A stretch of DNA of 64,000 nt from Octopus vulgaris (lineage: Eukaryota), in contig OX597827.1 in NCBI GenBank assembly GCA_951406725.2, forward strand, positions 3,100,001 to 3,164,000, read 5' to 3'. Positions 1 to 13,648 of the stretch are shown in pieces. Position numbers and translations under genes: made by a program. How positions within the stretch are numbered: position 1 is the first letter of the stretch; every line of letters begins with the position of its first letter. Under the pieces are notes generated by a model. The model was given only the letters and a program-made list of their open reading frames with translations, was not told where the DNA came from and made no database searches.

Positions 1-213
1 TGTGTGCGTGTGTGTGTGTGTGTGTGATGAAGGGACTGGCATTAGAAAGGGATTAGGCCAAACAGGCACTGGAACTCAGTCCTGTCCTCTGGTTCATCAG
101 TTTTTATCAAAACATTCAACACACACCAGTATGGAAAACAGATGTGAAATGATGATAATGACAACGAGAATCATTGCACTTATCTATTCTGATATTTCTC
201 TTTTATTTTGCAG

Positions 214-336
214 CAAACTTTTATGAAGAACAGCATCAATATTGACAGGTTCCTTTCAAGTCAATCAGTTCATTCCATTTGCAAAGCAACAGTGACAAGG
301 AAGTGTCTGGAATTCAATGAACAGCATTTCATTTGA
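214..336 (+). CDS. weak candidate exon (unknown product)
   Basis: Pyrimidine-rich acceptor tttctcttttattttgcag at 213, then 40 open codons (QTFMKNSINIDRFLSSQ...) to TGA; no recognisable homology. Confidence 0.12.
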   Translation, partial: QTFMKNSINIDRFLSSQSVHSICKATVTRKCLEFNEQHFI

Positions 337-537
337 AGAGCAAAATATTCCATACTGTTGTTTATAGCTTACACCAATATATATCAGCAATATGTGCCTG
401 TGTCTATGTCAATATAAAACTAAAGTTAAATTTCTGCCTAGTTCTTCAATGAACAGCTCTGTATTCAGCCATGGGAAGATTGTAAGCAAATGACAGTTTC
501 TATGAATGGTGACTGAGTTTCAATCAAAATGGTTCTA

Positions 538-952
538 GGCACAAGCTTGGCTGTGTGATAAAGTATTTCGTCCCAACCACATAATTCTGGGTTCAATCCC
601 ACTGCATGACACCTTGGGAAAGTGCCTTCTACTATAGTCCCAGGTTGATCAAAACCTTGTGATTGTATTTGGTAGATGGAAACTAAAAGAAACTTGTCAT
701 ATATATATATATATATGTGTGTATGTATTTAAAATGTGTGTGTGTTTTTGTCTGTTTGTCTCCCACCCCCGTACTACCATTTGACTACCAGTGTTGGTGT
801 ACATCCATCTCTGTAACTTAGTAGTTCAGTACAAGAGACCAATAGAATAAGTATCAGGTTTAAAAAAAAAAAACAAGTTCAGGGGTTAATTTGTTCGATT
901 TAAATTCAAGGTGGTGTTCCATCATGAACTCAATGACACAAATAAAAGATAA
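538..952 (+). mobile_element. tRNA-derived CORE-type SINE (family A)
   Basis: tggctgtgtg A-box-like, gggttcaatccc B-box, CORE-like ccttggg(c)aagt, internal (TA/TG)n, tail ...aatgac..aaataaaagat; matches 38221-38635. Confidence 0.8.
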
Positions 953-1349
953 TACACACACATGTATACACTCACATATGTATACAAATTTTCCCTCATA
1001 GTACATCATTCTTTATTAGAAAACAAGAGCACATTGGATAAAGTAGTATCAGTTGTAGTGTGCTGTGCCTAGAAAAATGGCAGAATGGTTACAGTTGGAA
1101 CACTTTTGATTAAATTTCTGCTGAATTAGTGCTGACCTGGTGCTAAAAAAGAGCACAAAATAGTAACATCACATATTTTGGATAACAAAACAGCAATAAC
1201 AACATTGATAGCAAACAACTTCTATTGCATTATAAGACTTACATTTATAATTCCTTGCTCTTAACATAAGCACTTTTTTCCCCGTTTGTAGATTTGCAAT
1301 GAAGAGATTAATCTATGAATCCATCAAAGATAAAACACATAAGAAATAA

Positions 1350-1817
1350 TCTATATCTCTAAAACAGTCCTTGGACGAAAATTGTATTCACATTTTGCTT
1401 TGACGGTTAATGGTGGTCAAACCGAGGCTAGGATCGAGCTGAAATTTGGTAAGGATACTAAATGCATGGTGAGGATGAGTCCCGCGATGGTTAAAATTTG
1501 CAAGCTATAAAGATGTGGTTGCTATGGCAAAAAGAGTGATTTTTTATCGATTCAAGGGGGCCTAGAGCCCCTCTAGGTTTGTGCTATTGGCTTTTAATGC
1601 AAGGCAGCATGCACTGCAGGCTGTTGTGCTTAATAAACATACATTTTGTTGCAAAATTCCAGCTACTAGGAAACAATTTTTCATTGTGAAAAATCAAGTG
1701 CTTTTTGCCCTCATTTTCTTTTTAATTTTTGATAAAATTTTCGTTTTCTTTTTTTAAATTCCTCATCTTTAAAATGTGGCCTGAGTAGACCTGAATGAAA
1801 TCGGGTTATAATACTAG
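1350..1817 (+). mobile_element. non-autonomous Helitron
   Basis: Starts A|TC at 1350, ends CTAG|T at 1817, subterminal hairpin acctga/tcgggt (1789-1806), no TSD; more CpG than its flanks. Confidence 0.7.
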
Positions 1818-1879
1818 TATATATGTAAACTCAAATATTAATTCACAAATATTCACTCATGTCCATATTTGTAATTGTC

Positions 1880-2277
1880 TATCTTTTACTTGCTTCACTC
1901 ATTGGACTGCAGTCATGCTGGGTGGGTGGGGGGTCACTTTGAAGGGTTTTAGTTGAACAGATCAAAAATAGTACTTATTTTTTTAAAGTCTCTTTTGCTG
2001 AAACACTAAGTTACAGGGATATAAATAAACCAGGGATGTAAATAAACCAACACTACAGTGGGATAGGGGCAAAGCAAACACAGATACAAAAACACACACA
2101 CATACTCGTAATAGGCTTCAGTACAGTTTCCTTTACTGAATTCACTCACAAGGAATTGGTCAGCCCAAGGCTATAAGTAGAAGATACATGTCCAAAGTGC
2201 CTTGCAGTGGGACTGAACCTGTAACCAAACGCTTACAAATTGACCCTTCTAACCACACCACAACTATACCTGCACCC
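1880..2277 (-). mobile_element. SINE family A copy
   Basis: Reverse complement of family A (gcagtgggactgaacc, agaagatac, ttttacttg...gactgcagtcatgctgg). Confidence 0.75.
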
Positions 2278-2651
2278 ATATGGATATATCAGAAGCAGCA
2301 CCGTGGACCTTTTCATTATTGATTCCCTTTCCAGTTCTATAAATTCCAGATTTATTGTCTCATGCATTTCTCTTTCCTTTTCTTTCTTTTCTTTCATTCT
2401 TATTCTTTTTATTTTCTTGTTCCTGTTCTCAGTGTTTTAATGTCCACTTTTCCACACTTGCACAGGTCAGGCAGACTTTGTTAATGTAGATTTTCTCTAG
2501 GGCTGGATATTTGTTTCCAAGTAAGGTAATATTTTCCCCATGACAAGACCACAGAAGATTGGGAACAAAGAACATCACATATATAACAAAAAGACTTGCT
2601 TATAACTACCAGGTGATGTCAACACACACATAAACACACACACACACACAC

Positions 2652-2705
<54 letters not shown>

Positions 2706-4069
2706 ACATACATACATACATACATACATACATACATAGGAACATTGGGATATGTAACACACTGCCAAAGTATCAATCTTGAGAAATTAGGTTTTGCACA
2801 ACCAGGAAGGAGAAAGCTGATTCAAAATCTACAAATCCAAGCCATCAATGGAACAGTAAAAATCTGTAAGACTTCCCAAAAGTTTATCATTTAAGTATAG
2901 ATGCACATGTCTAGACATGCAACTATATGCAAGGGAATACATAGATAAAACAAAACAGAAACCTGCACATGCACTAACTCCAAATACTGCACATATACAC
3001 ACATACATGGAAAAAAAACTCTGCTGATGTTGATGTTCCAATGAAGAAGCCTTGGATGTAGATTAGGAAGCAGCTTCTTCTCCATTGGAAAGAAATCTTG
3101 AAATAAAACTAAATAATGACATACATGATGGACTTCTTTCAGTTCCTATCTACCAAATTCCCTAATAATGCTTTTGTCAGTTTGGGGATATAATAGAAGA
3201 TACTTGTCTAAGGTGTCATGCAGTAGGGCTGAACCCAGAACATTATGGTTCGGAAGCAAACTTCTTATCCACACAGCAACGCCTGCACCTTTATATTTCT
3301 AGCTTGTTCGAGAGGTACCAGAGATAGCTCGATGGAGCAGTGGTGGGGAGTATGGGGTGGGTCTTTAAATAAATCCTCATCATCTCCGACTGCATTTCTG
3401 CAAAAAATGCAATGTGGCAAGAGACTTTTAATAATCTGAACACTGCAATCCATTGTTTCTAGGTCCGAGCAAACAATCAATTGCTCCTCATGCCATTTTA
3501 TCTTTTCGCTTGTCAGGAATTCTGAATCTCTGCCCTAAGATTTACTTTGCTAAAGATAATTCCATCTGGCAGACTTTAACTTCCTCATCTTTTGCTATAT
3601 CTTCCCTAACTCTCCCCCACCTCTCTCCATCTCTCTATTGGTTTCACCTTCCTCCTTCTCTTTCTCTCACTTCTTCACTCCATTGCTCTCCATCTCTTTA
3701 TGTTTCATTATTTATATCTGTCTATTAATCTACTTGTCTCTCATTGATGATCTTCTGCTCTTATGCTCTCCATCCCATTCTCCACCACCACCACGAGCTC
3801 AATCAGTTTTATCTCATTTTATCTTTTAGTATATCATCATAATTATTTATCCTATGTCTTCCTAACCCTCTCACATCCTCTCTTTCATATCTATCTATCT
3901 ACTTCACTATTTATCTACCTACATATCTATCTATCTATCTATCGACATCACTATTTATCTACCTATCTATCTATCTATCAATCTATTTATCTATCTAACT
4001 ATCTGTTTGTCTATTTGTCTATCAACTTCACTATCTATCTACATACGTATCTATCTGTCTATTTATCTA

Positions 4070-4124
<55 letters not shown>

Positions 4125-4216
4125 CTAACTATCTGCTTATCTAATTATCTGTCTGTGTCCTGCATTTTCTTTTTCTATATGAGTAGGTGTGTGTTTGTAC
4201 ATATGTGCATGCATGC

Positions 4217-4248
<32 letters not shown>

Positions 4249-4580
4249 ACAAACTTTTTCTCTCTTGCAATCTCTTCAAACATTTACCTATATATATATA
4301 CATTTTCCTTTATATGTGTGTATATATGTAATACATACGAATGAACGTATGTTTGTGAGTGCAGGTGTCTATATGTATTTCAATCAGTTCTGTTAATTGA
4401 ATTATCATTATTTTTGTCTCAAACTCTTTCCTTGTGTATCTCATTCATTTACCTCTTTTTTGCCAATCTCTATCTGTCTGCTGCCCCCCCCTCTCTCTCT
4501 TTCAGTAAATATATATATATATATATATATATGTGTGTCTGTGTGTAAATATATATATATATATATATGTGTGTGTGTAA

Positions 4581-4633
<53 letters not shown>

Positions 4634-5350
4634 TGTGTGTATCTATGTATATGTACACACACACACACACATACACAATACACACACATATAAATCATCT
4701 CCCTCTCTCCCACCTCTGTCTGAGAATCTACATTTACCTTCTTCTTGCCAATCTCTGTCTGTTTGTCTCTCCCTGTCTATGTATGTGTGTGTGTGTGTGT
4801 ATACACATGCACACACACACACACACACACACACATTCATACTCTCTTTCTCTATCTCTCTGTCTATCTATCTGTGAATTTCTACCTGTCTATCCATTTC
4901 CTTGCTCCTGATAAATCTTCTACAGAACCAATGCAAAATGTGAAGTATGCTAAGAACTGATTTTAATGGATCTGTGTATTTTTAGTACATTCACAAACAC
5001 TTAGAAATGCCAACATGCATACGCACACGCATACAAAGGTATACATACAAACATATACAAATGCAATACATAACACATACATACCTATACTCTAATACAC
5101 ATGGATACATAAAAAATGCACACTGATTTTATGCATTAGAAGCACATCTCAGCAGCATGCATAAATGCACACATCTACATGTATGTTTGTTCTTGAAAAT
5201 TATATTTAGTATCATACCATTCATATCTCTTGCATTTCAATTTATGCACAAAACCAAGCAACCATGTGTGTGTGAGTATGTGTATTTATCCATATATTTC
5301 GTATATATATATGTATATATATATATATCCATATATTCCTTATATGTATT

Positions 5351-5414
<64 letters not shown>

Positions 5415-5624
5415 TAGATATACAGTAGATATAGATATAGTCTTGCTTCTAATGATGGTACATAAAGTCTTCTCTAGGTGATATCTGTGAGATTCCACTG
5501 AGGATACAAAATTTGAAACAACTTGGCCAAACTGCAAGGAAATGAATAAAAGAAATTCCAAGTCTGTTTTCGATATCATGTTCTTTGATTTTAGATTTCT
5601 AAGATTGCATGACCAGAATCTTAC

Positions 5625-5658
<34 letters not shown>

Positions 5659-5883
5659 AAACGAGATATACAAGTCACTTATTCTTTCATTCTTTCTTTC
5701 TTTCAGCCCCTTCACACTTACTTCATTCTTTCCACTCTTCTTCCTTTCACTCCCCCTCTCTCACATTTCCTGGCCTCCTCTTCATTCTCACCTTCCCTCC
5801 TCTTTCACTTCACTCTGTTCCTTTTCTTTTTTTCTCATCCTTCCCTAATTCTTCTATACCCCAGCCTCTACCTCACTCCTCTC

Positions 5884-6300
5884 CTTCCAAAGTGACCAGT
5901 GTTCAGTCAAGCCTGACCTTTCTTTCTTGGTTCCACTACCATCCCTGCAACATCTATATTCCTTCCCATACCTGTCATCTCCTATGTCCCTGCCATAAAG
6001 GCTTCACTTCCACACACACCAGCCTTAATTTAATTCCTCCTTAGTAGAAAAAAACCCTTGTTAATGCATTGTTGTTTGCATTTTTATTTGTGTCCCATTT
6101 CTCTGTTCTTTTCTGCCCTTGTTTTCATATACATTTGCTGCTTTCTTTCAAGAAATCTAATGCTCTTAGCTTAGATTTTTCTTGAGGCTGGCCAGATTGG
6201 AGCAGTCTCGAGTATAACCAGCTGAAACTGCAAAGAATTGTCCCTTTTTGTATCATCTAACTGTCTGGATGTCTTGTCACCTGTTGCACTCTTGTCCCAT
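5884..6300 (+). mobile_element. probable Penelope-like element 3' (pLTR) fragment
   Basis: Pyrimidine-rich segment ending in (TA)n, with a hammerhead-like module gctgg...ccagc-tGAAA at 6181-6236. Confidence 0.3.
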
Positions 6301-6355
6301 ATATATATATATATATACATATACATAGACATACACACACAAATACACAAACATG

Positions 6356-6405
<50 letters not shown>

Positions 6406-6594
6406 GACATACACACACATATACACATACACCTGTAAATATGTGTGTGTGTGAGAGAGAGAGGGATAGAGAAAGAGAAAGGTAGTTTTCTGTATTATTG
6501 TGTAGTGCTGGGTATTGAAGTACTACAGCAGTTATACACCCAACACATTTCAGTAATTAAAAACATAAATGATGATGATGATGACATTTAATAT

Positions 6595-6830
6595 TCATCT
6601 ACGACACAAGGTCCACGTATACCAGCAACTCCTCAGCTCTTATTCCTTTGTAGCCGTGAAACACAGTCATTGAATATCATAGAATTACATCACGGCAGAA
6701 GTTCAATTACAGGAGTTCCAGACAAGATGCATGCTCCTCATTATATTCTTAGACCAACCAGCAATTTCACTGCTTCGTGCCTACTGCAACATTAAACCCA
6801 TTGACATCTGTCAGCCAAAATTTACAGTAC
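6595..6830 (+). pseudogene. highly degraded RTE-clade RT fragment
   Basis: Across frameshifts reads LRHKVHVYQ / LLFLCSRETQSL / QLQEFQTRCML, paralleling RTE TKxxVY...LLYGCETW...LExFHxRCLR. Confidence 0.45.
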
Positions 6831-7689
6831 TAAGAAGCAAATCATCATTTTGAGATCCATTTTTCTATAATTGCATGAATTGGATGAAGGATAATGAGGC
6901 AGATTTTCGACAACTGGATGCCTTTCCTGTTGACAATCCACACCTGATTTCAAACAAGATAATATTTCTGCATGGCCCGACATGTTTTATAAACTATTTT
7001 GAAATGAATGCCATTGCTCGTAGACTAATGACAATCATTTATGACACATGCACACACACACACACATGCACAGACAGTCAGATAGATAGAATGAAAGAAA
7101 GAATGGGCTTCTTTCAATTTCCATCTTCTAAATGTACTCATAATACTGGTTGGCATGGGACTATAGGAGAAGACACAAGTCCAAAGTGCCATGCAGTGGG
7201 AATGAACCTGAAATCGTTTGGTTGAGAAGCAAACTTCTTTAATTTCACATCTACATCTATATACATCCGTTAATCTCCAAATAATCCAGTGATGAAACTA
7301 TCAATGTAGTGTTCAGATCAAATGTGGTTGAATGTCATCAGCAGATTCAACATGACGTCTTTAGCCAGATGAGTGTCTATGAACCTCAAAGAATGGCTTC
7401 TGAATTGCAAGGCCTTGATAAATGTCATGAAGCAAGGGACAGCAACTATCCAGAACTTGAACTGATTGCCATGGCATACACTGATTGTAACTCTAGGACT
7501 GCAACCCCTCATATATATACATATATATATAACAGGCTTCATTCAGTTTCCATCTACGAAATCCACTCATAAGGCTTTAATCTGCCCAAGGCTATAGTAC
7601 AAGACACTTGCCCAAGGTGCCATGCAGTGGGGCTGAACTGAGATTCATGTGGTTGGGAAGAAAGTTTCTAACTACACAGCCATGCATGT

Positions 7690-7720
<31 letters not shown>

Positions 7721-8030
7721 ATTACTTCTCCAAGAAGAAGGGTGACGGTGATTTCAAAGGTTTGGCCTGATATCCTCAGTCCAATGTAAGTGTTACCTTG
7801 ACTTGTAAAAATATAACACACACACACACATATACACACGCATACACACACACACACATGCTAACACATATATATACTCTACAAAAGAATTGATTAATTC
7901 TTCAGATTAATGTTAAATTGTTTTTATAACTCAGCACAGAGACAAACATTTTGTTATATATATATGTATATATTTATAGGTATGTTTGGTTTAACACTGA
8001 TGAGAAAGATATCTCAATAAATAAAACAGA

Positions 8031-8065
<35 letters not shown>

Positions 8066-8179
8066 ACTAGCTAATGTGTATTTATTGTTTCTTTATTTGC
8101 TGAAACTATTACATGAGTGCACAAAGGGGTAGAATTTTATGCTAAGACATAATCAAAGTGAGGTACAGAAACACACACA

Positions 8180-8281
8180 TATATTTATGAAAGTGTGTGT
8201 GTGTATGTACACATATATATGTCCTATACCTATCTTAGCATGCATGCATATACATATATATATACTCACACACACATTTAC

Positions 8282-8332
<51 letters not shown>

Positions 8333-8575
8333 TTTGTATATATATAATGCATATATATACACATACATATATACACATATATATATACATATATATACAT
8401 ATATATATACACACACATATATATGTGCATTTGTGGTATGTAAAGCATGTAATTTATACTTATGTGTGTGTGTGTATTTACACACACATATATGCATACA
8501 TACACAGTCTATTTCTCTCTATCTCTCTCTTCTTCTTTTTCTCCCTCTCTCTTCTTCTTTCTCTCTCTCTCTCTC
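8180..8575. repeat. (TA)/(CA)/(TC) compound microsatellite
   Basis: Direct reading. Confidence 0.95.
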
Positions 8576-9149
8576 GGACAACACAGAAATCGGATGCAAA
8601 CAGAAAATGTCATACAACATTTTCAGTGTAAACTTTGAAGTTGTAAACTTTCAATAAAGTAGATGATACAAAGGTCAAACTAGCATCACACACTCCAGTA
8701 AGCCTGACTATGCACCTGCAGCAAAGAACTATTGTAATGCATCACTTAACAACAGAACAGAACAACATAATACAACACAATCAATCAATAGCAAAAATTC
8801 TTTAAAACATTCACAACTATTATAAGATCCTAAGCATAAAGAAGTCAATTCTGATATCCCCAAACGAGCATACAAATCAACACTCAAACGCATAACTAAT
8901 ATTCGGAGAAAGCGTTCAAATGTTCTCCCCATTTCTCTTTCTGCCACCTCATCCCAACACCATCCATTGATGCCAATCGCTTCCAATCTCTCTCGTAACA
9001 CTCCTCTTTAAAATAACCAATAGCAACCCTGATTAGAAATAATAGAGAAACAAAACACACTTAACATCTGTCACTCTGTGGCTGGACACCTTAATGATAA
9101 GGTCAGGTGACATTGGACAAACATCAATAAAATGTAGATGGGAACACTT

Positions 9150-9209
9150 TATATGTATTTGTGTATGTATATATGTATATATAAATATATATAGATATCT
9201 GTGTGTGTG

Positions 9210-9252
<43 letters not shown>

Positions 9253-9620
9253 GTGTATACGCACATACTTATACATATATATGCAAATACATACATATAT
9301 ATATATATACATACATACATATATAAATATACATACATACATATATAAATATACATACATACATATACATACATACATATACATACATACATACATATAC
9401 ATACATACATATACATACATACATACATATACATACATACATACATATATATATATATACGTATATATACACACATAGATGCATACATATTCACATACAC
9501 TCATATATTTTTACACATACACACACACATATGTACACACATACATATCTATTTATACATACAAACATTAGGTACATACACACCCCCCTAGATATGTATA
9601 CATCTATATGCACACATATT
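9150..9620. repeat. (TA)n/(TACA)n microsatellite
   Basis: Direct reading. Confidence 0.95.
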
Positions 9621-10684
9621 ACAAAACACATCTCTGATCTGTTCTGCTCACAATTACAACAAAGAAAGTTTATGAAGAGATATGAGAAATTATAAAATAA
9701 AATAAAATGAAATAAAATAAAATAAAATAAAATAAAAATAAGATATTGCCACGAGGGTGAAGTAGACAAAATTTTTGATGAAATTCCACCCGCTTCAGAA
9801 ATAGCTGCTCTTCAAACAAATGTGAGTGTGTCTATATGTATGTGTTTGTGTGTGTATGTGAGTATGTGTATGTGTTTGTGTGTAATGAGTGCAGTAAAGG
9901 CGGGAATGTATCTACAAATTTGTGTTTGTGGAGTGTGTGTGTGTGTATGTGTAAATAAGGCAAGAAAGACAAAGCAAGTGAGATGTAGAGATTGAATAAT
10001 AGAAAGAGAGAGGATAGTGAAAAAGAACCCTTGTGCTATCTCTCTCTCTCTTTCTCTCTCTATCTAGCTATCTCTCTGACAAGGAGAGAGGGAGGAAGAG
10101 AGCAAAAGACCAAAATTGAAAGACAAAGAAACACACACATATGAAAGAGAGGGAGAGAGAGATAGGGAATATCGTTGACCATGGACGACACAGGATGGTT
10201 GGTGGAGTGGAGAGGAAAAGGCAATGGGAAGGAAAATGCTTTTGAAACTGGTCATAATGATTTGGTTGCTATGAAGTCATAGAGAAAATTATCTCAGTGA
10301 TCTTATGATGTAAACTTCAAGTGAATGTGAGTCAGGATAAAGGCTGGTCACATATGAGTCAGATGGATTAGTTTAGTACATGTTATGTAGAGAGAGAGAA
10401 ACAGAATTGGTAAAGAGAGCAAGGAGGGGAGAGGAAGAGAAAGACGAAGAAATGAGTTGGTAGAGGCTGTAAAGAGACGAAATATGAAATATTAGACTGT
10501 AAAGGGTCAGAAAGTGCAGAGTATTGGACAAAGGAAGAACGAAAGCATGGTCAGACTGGACAGCTTTCCACGGTTTTCACAGGTCTCAGAGTCCAAAGAT
10601 AACCTGTGTTTACTACGGATTACTATCAATAGGTAAATATCCTTGGCAAGAAGCCCTGCATAAAAGAGATGGATTAATACAGAT

Positions 10685-10920
10685 AAGGCGGTGAGCTGGC
10701 AGAATCGTTAGCATGCCGGGCAAAATGCTTAGCCGTATTTCGTCTGCCGTTATGTTGTGAGTTCAAATTCTGCCAAGGTCGACTTTGCCTTCTCATCCTT
10801 TCGGGGGTTGATAAATTAAGTACCAGTTATGCACTGGGGTCGATGTAATCGACTTAATCTGTTAGTCTGTCCTTGTTTGTCCCCTCTGTGTTTAGCCCCT
10901 TGTGGGTAGTAAAGGAATAG
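10685..10920 (+). mobile_element. tRNA-derived SINE family B (Meta-domain-like), young copy
   Basis: gagctggcagaatcg A-box, gagttcaaattc B-box, central ggtcgactttgcctt.catcctttcggggg.tgataaattaagtaccag; CpGs retained. Confidence 0.85.
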
Positions 10921-11064
10921 AAAAGTGATGGATTAGTATAGATTGTAAAGAGACAGGCAGTAAGAAACTCATGTGGGACATTCTATAAGGTTGGTTGCTC
11001 TGCTAGAAATAGCACTAAAAGGAAGGCTATATTGGATAATGTAATGCTAGAAAAAAAAAATGAT

Positions 11065-11475
11065 AGCTGTTTGATTAAGAAACATGCTTTGCAACCATGT
11101 GGCTTCAGGTTCAGTCTCACCATGCAGCACCTTGTGCAAGAGACTTCTATCATAGCTGGAACAATGTCTTTTGAGTGAATTTGGTAGAAAGAAACTGCAT
11201 GGAAGTCCATCATGTGTGTGTGTGTGTATGTGGGTGTGAGTGTATAAATGACTGTGCGTGACTTTGTATCTGTATCTATCACCTGCCACTTGACAACTAG
11301 TGTTGGCTTATGTCCCCCGTAACTTAGTGGTTCGAAAAAGGGGGGGGGGGACAAAAAGAAGCATCAGACTTTTAAGTCAATTTGTCAAAATACTTAGGTC
11401 AACTTGTTCAACTAAACCCTTTCAAGATGGTGCCCCAGTATGGCCACAGTCCAATGACTGAAACAAATAAAAGGC
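11065..11475 (+). mobile_element. SINE family A copy
   Basis: ggttcagtctcac, internal (TG)n, tail ggtgccccagtatggccacagtccaatgactgaaacaaataaaag. Confidence 0.75.
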
Positions 11476-12149
11476 AAAAGATAAATGATAAAGATAACAA
11501 TAGAGCATTCATAGCAAGAATGCTTTCACCAAAGATATCTGTTAAATCAAAGTTAACCCAATAACAATCAATACCTGACGCCCAACCCCACCCAAAAACA
11601 CACTTCCAACAACAACAACAACTATGGAATGAATTAGTTCATACTGTACAGAAGCATTTGGACAGATTAGTACACAAAATGCCCTCTGGTGGATTAGTAC
11701 ACACTATGCAGCACTCCACTGAATTAATATAGATTTTGCTGTAATATTGGGATGGATTGCAGCTTAATGTACAAGGATAATGGGATGTATTGGTTCAAAC
11801 TATACAAATGGATTAAAGTGACAATGGGTATTGTAGAAATGTAGTTCACAGTAAGCTGTATGTATGAGTGTAAGCGTGGCCGTGTGGCTGAGTGGTTAAT
11901 GATTTTTGCTTGACAATCACATAATTCTGGGTTTGATTCTATTTCCATTGAATGCAAATTGAGCAAACGTCTTCTACTGTAACCTTGGACTGACCAACGT
12001 GCTCCTCGTGAATGCGTTTGATTGCTTGTAACTGTGTCGAGGTGCAGCATTTATCATATACGTTACACAATTATATATGCAGAACCATACACATGCATAT
12101 ATACATACACACGTATGTGTACATCTTGTATTCATATATGCATATATGA

Positions 12150-12473
12150 CTGGAACTCCATTGGTTTTGACGACGAGAATTCCAGTTGATCTCATCAATG
12201 GAACAGCCATCTTGTGAAATTAACATGCAAGTGGCTGAACACTCCACAGATACACGTACCCTTAATAGAGTTCTCAGAGAGATTCAGCATGACACAGAAT
12301 GTGACGAGTCTGGTCCTTTGAAATACAGGTAAAATTCATTTTTGCCAGTTGAGTCCACTGGAAAAATATGAAATAAAGTGTCTTGCCCAGGAATGCAACA
12401 TACTGCCAAGAATCGAACTCACAACCTTATGATCATGTGCTGAATACCCTAACCACTAAGCCACATGCCTTCA
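12150..12473 (-). mobile_element. tRNA-derived SINE family C
   Basis: Minus strand: tggcttagtggttagg A-box, gagttcgattc B-box, gggcaagacactttatttca core; same head at 14040-14145, 23228-23550, 33860-34075. Confidence 0.75.
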
Positions 12474-13648
12474 TATGTATGTGTGTGTGTGTGTAAAATA
12501 GAGAGCAGTCACCATATTTTCTTTCCTGACTGCCACCTCTGAAGAGTGCAGTGTTACATAATCAGGCTGTTATCTAACATCACATTGAACTTCTAGTAGG
12601 AAACTAACTGGCAATATCGGTCATAATGGATATATGATACTGTACACTTCAATTAATATACACACACACATATATACATACATACACATGCAAACACACA
12701 CACACATACGTACATGTATGCATGTATAGGCACACTGACCCCACACATGCGCACAAACAAACAAAAGGGAACGCAGTGTAAATAACGGACAGAGTCAAGA
12801 CTATTGAAAAGGTCGCACGACGCAACAAAAATTTTAGAAAATAAAAATAAGAAATAAGTGGAAATTTTACCGGTGAGTGTGTTAAATAATAAGGCACTAA
12901 AAGAGAATGACTCTCCCCAACAGAGTAATTAAAAGAGTTGATATCAGAAAGAACATAAAACATTACTTCAAAATGTTCTATGAAACTCGTGTTAATATGG
13001 AAAAGTGGACATAAATATGATATGTTTGTGTGTATGTGTCTGAATACATGCATACTGCTTTTCACCAATGTATTCTAGTAAGTAACCCCAAAAGGTGATA
13101 CTCTGGAACAATTGTGCCTCGAATGGTCTCAGCTCCACATCATGCTGCAGAGACAATGGATTGTCTCAGCAGTTCCTCATCAGGAATGTAAAAGCCTGAA
13201 ACCATGTATACTATTGTTTACCATGTCAAACTATATGTGTGTATATATGTGTGTGTGTGTGTGTGTGTGTGCATATATGTAAATGATGGCATTATATTAG
13301 TACATTTGTACTAAATATAATAATACATTTATGATAATGATGGTAGATTTTTATTTTTCAAACAGTTTATTTTCATCAAAAAGCTTTGGGTTTTTAAATA
13401 TTTACTTAAATGACATACCTCCATGAAAGATATATATATGTACATGCATGCATAGATACCATGAAAATATAAGGTGTAGGAGTAGATTATGGTTAAGAGA
13501 TTTGCTTCACAGCCATGTGATTTTGAGGCCAATCTCACTGAGTGGCACCTAGGACAAAAGTCTTCAACTCTAGACTTGGAACAATAAAGGCCTTGTGGCT
13601 TTGTAGACAGGAAATTGATAAACTGCACTCACATAAGCTCGCTGTGCA

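Noticed and set aside
5495-5530. CTGAGGA...GAAA hammerhead, or a minus-strand exon after the acceptor at 5532
   Set aside because: No stem II. The acceptor is good but there is no convincing donor or homology.
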